Source of the DNA: an uncultured Candidatus Saccharibacteria bacterium
GTDB taxonomy: Bacteria > Patescibacteriota > Minisyncoccia > Phycocordibacterales > XYD1-FULL-46-19
Reading direction: 5' to 3'
NCBI GenBank assembly: GCA_964639285.1
Contig: CAZXCI010000001.1
Coordinates: 285,757 to 337,069 of the forward strand
Length of the DNA stretch: 51,313 nt
The notes under the pieces are model-generated. The model was not told the DNA's origin. It saw only the letters and a list, made by a program, of their open reading frames with translations, and made no database searches. A program made the position numbers and the translations under genes. Below, piece by piece: positions 46,759 through 51,313 of this stretch. Positions within the stretch are counted from its first letter, which is position 1, and each line of letters begins with the position of its first letter.

Positions 46759-46908
46759 ATATAACGTTTCTGAATATGAGAAGTTTTTGCCCGCCTCCTT
46801 ATTATATTTAAAAAGAAGAAAAGGGCAAAAATTTGGGTAAAAAATGAAATTCAAGTCCAGAATCATATAAATGTGAATTTCATTTTTTCCTCATATTCGG
46901 TGTTGTGC
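46759..46908 (-). other. attC-like recombination site 1 (150 bp)
   Basis: Minus strand GCACAAC-ACC-GAATATGAG ... CTCATATTC-AGAAAC-GTTATAT; internal hairpins 46784-46831 and 46839-46888. Confidence 0.78.
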
Positions 46909-47032
46909 GATGTAAATTTTTTATCTCGTTGTTTATTGAGCTAATCTTTATGCTAATAATAGAAAATTTGATTTTTTGTTTTTAAAAAATGGAAGAGTGG
47001 CAGGGGTGAATTCCATTTTTTAAAAACTCCCC

Positions 47033-47659
47033 TTAGTTACCGTCTTTTTGTCGAAAGTAATCTTCTCTCTGTTGAATCAACCTCTTTGCCTCAGTTTTGC
47101 CGAATTCAGTAATAAACTTAGGAATTCTTGTCTCGAGCATTGCCTTCATGAATTTTTTATTTGACACGGCATCATATGCTGGTTTACCAGCGCTAACCTG
47201 TAAAGCGCTTAACATATCGGCCTCCATTAAAACTAACTCGTCAGTATCTTTAATTTCAAACTTTTTATCATGAACTGCCACAAGGTGAATGCAGCGATTT
47301 TTTTGCGAATCAGTCAAAAACGAAAAGAAATCGTCTTGCAATAAAGCTGCTATTTTCTTCGCACCCAATTCCATATGCAATTGTTTGGCATTTTCTACAA
47401 TTTCAAAATTCATAACTTGGCTCTCTTTGAATATGTCAGAATAACCCCAATCGTGGGCATAAGCTGCGATTACCAAAATATTTCTATCGAGATTAAACTG
47501 GGGATTATGATCTATAATCTGTTTAATCCAACTAATCACCTCCAGCGTGTGTACCTTATCAAAACCACCACGACTTTTTTCTAAATCAGGCAATATTTTT
47601 TCTTTCAGATACTCTTCTATCTTATTTAACTCCATATTCATAAAAATTAAAAACAACAT
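47033..47659 (-). CDS. HD-domain protein (cassette 1)
   Basis: H...AHDWG...H...AD pattern; GAGG SD before ATG 47659 (alternative start 47635). Confidence 0.8.
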   Translation of the reverse strand: MLFLIFMNMELNKIEEYLKEKILPDLEKSRGGFDKVHTLEVISWIKQIIDHNPQFNLDRNILVIAAYAHDWGYSDIFKESQVMNFEIVENAKQLHMELGAKKIAALLQDDFFSFLTDSQKNRCIHLVAVHDKKFEIKDTDELVLMEADMLSALQVSAGKPAYDAVSNKKFMKAMLETRIPKFITEFGKTEAKRLIQQREDYFRQKDGN

Positions 47660-47729
47660 TAAACCCCTCACTATAAAATAAAAATCAAAATTTCTTCGTT
47701 GTTTGATGCGCCGAACTTTGATTTGCCAC

Positions 47730-47772
47730 CGAGATAAAAAATTTATTTCGCACAACTCGTTTCTATACGAAT
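47730..47772 (-). other. attI-like junction at the start of the cassette array
   Basis: Minus strand TCGTATAGAAACGA-GTTGTGC; 47730-47756 is inverted relative to 46902-46928 (25/27). Confidence 0.6.
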
Positions 47773-47872
47773 TAATTTATGATATAATACTTAAAATGGT
47801 GTTTTATGCGAATATCAAATCAAGCCTTCACTTTTGATTCTTTGGTTAATTATACCAAATAAAACATATAAT

Positions 47873-48685
47873 ATGCAATTATTCCTCCAAAAGATGGAAA
47901 TTGAACTTAAAATCAGGAATTATAGCCCCAGAACACTCGAGGCCTATTTGGCTTGCATGAAGGATTATTTTGAATATAAACAAATAAATCTAGATAAATT
48001 AGATCAGGATAATATCCGTAGTTATCTGCTGCAGAAGCAAGGCAAAAACTACTCACCCCAGACTATAAATCTCTATCTAAACGCCATTAAATTCTTTTAC
48101 CATGATATAATTAGGTCGATAGAGCCGATTAACGTCAGATTTGCCAAAAGAAATAAGAAGCTTCCAGTGGTTTTAAGTCGGACAGAAATCCAAAAGTTGT
48201 TGTCAGTGATTAAAAATACTAAACATCAATTATTGCTGTCCCTATCTTATGGCGCCGGTTTGCGTGTAAGCGAAGCGGTTGGCTTGAGATTCAAAGATTT
48301 GAATTTAGATGAATTGACTATCCACTTGAAGCAGGCGAAGGGAAAGAAGGATCGCCTGACTTTGATTCCGGAAAAGTTAGTCGATGATTTGCGCAATATC
48401 ATTGCTGGCAAGTCGGGTGACGACTATGTTTTTGCCAGCGAACGAGGAGGCAAATTGACGGAACGCACTGCCCAAAAAGTCTTTGAGAATGCCCTAAAAA
48501 AAGCAGGGATTAAAAAAGACGCCACCTTCCATAGCTTGCGCCATAGTTTTGCCACGCATTTGCTGGAAAACGGGACAGATGTGCGTTATGTGCAGGAATT
48601 GCTGGGCCATGCCAATATCCGAACGACGCAGATTTATACGCACGTTACTAATCCGGCAATTAGAAATATTAAAAGTCCTCTCTAG
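47873..48685 (+). CDS. Tyrosine recombinase with N-terminal SAM-like domain, integron-integrase-like but lacking the IntI insertion
   Basis: RNYSPRT, LPVVLS, GLRVSE, KGKKDR, HSLRHSFATHLLE, LLGH, TQIYTHV; 270 aa; divergent from the array. Confidence 0.92.
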   Translation: MQLFLQKMEIELKIRNYSPRTLEAYLACMKDYFEYKQINLDKLDQDNIRSYLLQKQGKNYSPQTINLYLNAIKFFYHDIIRSIEPINVRFAKRNKKLPVVLSRTEIQKLLSVIKNTKHQLLLSLSYGAGLRVSEAVGLRFKDLNLDELTIHLKQAKGKKDRLTLIPEKLVDDLRNIIAGKSGDDYVFASERGGKLTERTAQKVFENALKKAGIKKDATFHSLRHSFATHLLENGTDVRYVQELLGHANIRTTQIYTHVTNPAIRNIKSPL

Positions 48686-48688
48686 GCG

Positions 48689-49549
48689 ATGAAAAAGAAC
48701 CAAACTAAACCCAAAATCTATGTTATCGTCGGGCCAACCGCCAGTGGCAAGACGGCTTATTCGATCAAGCTAGCCAAAAAAGTAAAAGGTGAGATTATTA
48801 GTGCTGATTCACGCCAGGTTTACAAAGGTTTAGATATCGGCAGTGGCAAAGTGACAAAGAAAGAGATGGCCGGTATTCCCCACCACCTTCTCGATATCGC
48901 CAACCCGAAGAAAGTCTTCACCGTCGCCGACTTTAAAAAACTAGCTGAGAAAAAGATTAGAGAAATATTAGATCGAGGTAAAACACCAATAATTGTCGGC
49001 GGTACCGGTTTCTATATTCAAGCAATTGTTGATGATCTCATTTTGCCAGAGGTCCCACCTGATAAAAAACTACGAGCAGAATTAAAAAAACTCACGACCG
49101 CAAAACTTTTTAATTTGCTGAAGAAACTCGATCCAGCCCGAGCCAAGACAATAGATAGCCAAAATCCCGTGCGTCTAATTAGGGCAATTGAAATTGCTCA
49201 GGTCATGGGTAAAGTCCCTGAGTCTGGACTTCATGATCCACAATATAACTTTGAAGTTATTGGGATTAAGATTCCCCAAGAAAAATTAAATACGAAAATT
49301 CACGAAAGACTGGCCAAACGAATGAAAAAAGGACTCATCGGTGAAGTGAAAAAATTGCATGAGAATGGCCTAAGTTGGAAACGAATGGAGGAATTAGGTC
49401 TCGAGTATCGTTATCTTGGGCGCTTCTTACAAAATAAAATCACTAAACAAGAGATGCTCACCCAACTAGAAAGAGAGATTATTAAATATTCTAAACGCCA
49501 AATGACCTGGTTCAAAAAAGACCAGAGGATTAAGTGGCGAGAAATTTAG
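48689..49549 (+). CDS. miaA: tRNA dimethylallyltransferase
   Basis: GPTASGKT, ISADSRQVYK, PHHLLD, VGGTGFY, YSKRQMTWF. Confidence 0.97.
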   Translation: MKKNQTKPKIYVIVGPTASGKTAYSIKLAKKVKGEIISADSRQVYKGLDIGSGKVTKKEMAGIPHHLLDIANPKKVFTVADFKKLAEKKIREILDRGKTPIIVGGTGFYIQAIVDDLILPEVPPDKKLRAELKKLTTAKLFNLLKKLDPARAKTIDSQNPVRLIRAIEIAQVMGKVPESGLHDPQYNFEVIGIKIPQEKLNTKIHERLAKRMKKGLIGEVKKLHENGLSWKRMEELGLEYRYLGRFLQNKITKQEMLTQLEREIIKYSKRQMTWFKKDQRIKWREI

Positions 49550-49584
49550 GCGGGTTTACCCGCCGAAGCCTTGGCGAAGGCGGG
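49549..49584. repeat. REP-like palindrome cluster abutting the tRNA-Trp 3' end
   Basis: ggcggg-ttta-cccgcc-gaagccttggcgaa-ggcggg; 18/19 match to the reverse complement of 1105-1123. Confidence 0.75.
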
Positions 49585-49651
49585 CCCACGAGGACTCGAA
49601 CCTCGATTAATGGTTTTGGAGACCATCGTTCTACCATTGAACTATAGGCCC
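49581..49651 (-). tRNA. tRNA-Trp (anticodon CCA), CCA end not encoded
   Basis: Acceptor GGGCCTA/TGGGCCC, anticodon stem ATGGT/ACCAT with loop CT-CCA-AA, T-arm CGAGGTTCGAGTCCTCG. Confidence 0.95.
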
Positions 49652-49678
49652 AGAATTAACTTTTCTATCCTAACATAA

Positions 49679-51313
49679 CTAGTCCTCTGAGGGAACGGTC
49701 GGCTCGCTTGAGATTGGGTCAGAAGAGGAGGGAAGAGACTCAACCTCAGAAAGAGTCTCAACAATTGGCAACTCTGTTTCCGTCGAATCTTCCTCTTCTT
49801 CCTCCTCAATTGCCGGAGTGGTACTTGAAGCCACTTCTTCCTTTTCCGGCACCGGAGAAAGCTCAGAATTTGAGTTATTGATAGCTGGAGCTGGAGATTC
49901 TACTGGAGCTAGAATCTGAGGAGCTAAACATTCTCCTTTTGCCTTTTGCCAATCACCATTGACGATAGTGACACAATAAGTCTCCCCCGTAACAGCATCT
50001 TTAATTTCCATCCCCCGCTCTACTCGCAAAGTTTCAGTCTCTAAAACCTTAGTCTTGACGAAGTCGAAGACTCCGATCATTGCTACCAAACGTTCAGCAA
50101 AGAAATTCTTGATAATCGAATAACCGGCACTTAGACGTTCAGCCGTGAGAGACTGGGCGGTGGAGGTTGGAGCAAGATCGAAGTCGGTATCTAAGAAACC
50201 GTTTTCGTCAAGACTTAGAGTCGTGCTTGCATTGAAAATTAGAGAAAATTGGTCCGATAATCTCTCAATCTGTTGTTGTTGCTCTTGAATTCCCTTAGTC
50301 AACAAAGCGGTCATTATCGAGTAATGCAAACCGTAGGAACCCTCTTCACCAGAAACAATTTCGGGGATTATATCTTTAACTTCTTGAGCAATAAAACCAA
50401 GACTGTTTTTACCTGTCCTAAGATAATCAAAGCTAACCGGTCTCAAGGCTAAGATGTCGTCGAGTCCATAGTTCAGATCACTGATGTTAGTCTTCAAATT
50501 ACGATCTGATGATTCATTAATAGGAACATCAAAATTATAAGCGGTGGCACCAGAGAAAGATAATTCGGCCGAGGTGGTGCTAAAAGTAATTTGAGCAATT
50601 GAACCGTTCAATATGTCAGAGATGTCATTGGCGGCAAAAGTAATATTAGGTGAGTCATCCTCAGGATTCCCACTACCATATAAATCTTCAACAATAATCA
50701 GACCGTTATTTATTGCCCCGGTATTATTGTTCAGGACATCGCTACTGTTATGGAATCTAATCAGGGGAATTTGATTTACGGAAAATCCTAAATCTCCTGG
50801 ATCACTCAGATTAGTTGATTCAATTGAAAAATAACTACTTAAATCAACCGAGCCAATCTTACTTTCGTAAGCCATCGTTGTTGTCGATAGGGTAGAATAA
50901 CCCGAGACATGGAGACTGGTCGTCGTCGCATTGGTTGTTGTCGAGTTTTCTAAAATAGCATTCAATCCTCCAGAAAGGTCAGTGAGGTATGAACCAAGAT
51001 CCGAGATCTGAGATTCAGTGATGGAGAGATTTGACAGTTCTGTGATGGAAGCGACGGAGGTGGTGCCAAGATGAATAGAGAGAGGATCAGTTTCGTCGTA
51101 ACTGGTCAAATACCCCGCCCCAGCATGATTGCCCCAACCAAAAGCGGTGACAGCATTGGCTAAAGTCGTGGCCAAAGTCGAAGAGGCCCAGATATCCGTC
51201 CAGACTTTGGCTTGGGTATAGAATTGGTTGGTCAGGCCTTCAGTGAGAGCGTCACTGGTCGTACCCCAGCGAAGTAGAGTGGAAGAAGCGGCGGCGTAAT
51301 CGGGATCAGATTC
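49679..51313 (-). CDS. C-terminal part of a large surface/tail-fibre-like protein with peptidase S74 intramolecular chaperone domain (5' end outside the window)
   Basis: Frame is open to the window edge; ESDP/ETDP repeats, SDRNLKTNI...LRPVSF...GFIAQEV, coiled coil, acidic P/E tail. Confidence 0.85.
   Translation of the reverse strand, partial: ESDPDYAAASSTLLRWGTTSDALTEGLTNQFYTQAKVWTDIWASSTLATTLANAVTAFGWGNHAGAGYLTSYDETDPLSIHLGTTSVASITELSNLSITESQISDLGSYLTDLSGGLNAILENSTTTNATTTSLHVSGYSTLSTTTMAYESKIGSVDLSSYFSIESTNLSDPGDLGFSVNQIPLIRFHNSSDVLNNNTGAINNGLIIVEDLYGSGNPEDDSPNITFAANDISDILNGSIAQITFSTTSAELSFSGATAYNFDVPINESSDRNLKTNISDLNYGLDDILALRPVSFDYLRTGKNSLGFIAQEVKDIIPEIVSGEEGSYGLHYSIMTALLTKGIQEQQQQIERLSDQFSLIFNASTTLSLDENGFLDTDFDLAPTSTAQSLTAERLSAGYSIIKNFFAERLVAMIGVFDFVKTKVLETETLRVERGMEIKDAVTGETYCVTIVNGDWQKAKGECLAPQILAPVESPAPAINNSNSELSPVPEKEEVASSTTPAIEEEEEEDSTETELPIVETLSEVESLPSSSDPISSEPTVPSED

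Noticed and set aside
736-48703. Many 60-200 aa ORFs antisense or frame-shifted within housekeeping genes (for example 1771-2070, 28166-28720, 33205-33738, 35441-36055)
   Set aside because: They lie fully inside well-supported genes and have no motifs; treated as shadow ORFs.

Overview
This is a chromosomal window from a small-genome bacterium using the standard genetic code. The gene repertoire suggests Patescibacteria/Parcubacteria (inference). The housekeeping backbone includes prmC, typA, dnaX, dus, serS, dprA, topA, relA/spoT, parB, miaA and tRNA-Gln/Leu/Trp, and two accessory regions interrupt it. (1) A ~17 kb AT-rich island follows tRNA-Gln (~6.85-23.85 kb). It carries a GIY-YIG/T5orf172 gene, a type I R-M system whose M-S fusion is split at an (AG)7 tract, DUF3800-like and HEPN-like genes, and a large serine recombinase. 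It also carries a UDG-like gene with a structured leader, TerS-like and ParB-MTase genes, an RloC-like ABC-HEPN gene, Zn-ribbon, PIN-like and DUF559 genes, and a structured terminal element. (2) Between tRNA-Leu and miaA lies a LAGLIDADG endonuclease ORF whose only standard start codons are inside the tRNA. After it comes an integron-like array of 3 cassettes with attC-like sites and long cassette-flanking inverted repeats. The array is divergent from a 270-aa tyrosine recombinase that lacks the IntI-specific insertion, and this is the strongest candidate for an undescribed system. Short palindromic repeats sit in frame inside several housekeeping genes. Two small ORFs absent from the ORF track were found by hand: a Cys-rich metallothionein-like peptide and a 39-aa membrane peptide. 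All product calls come from motif recognition; no database searches were run.
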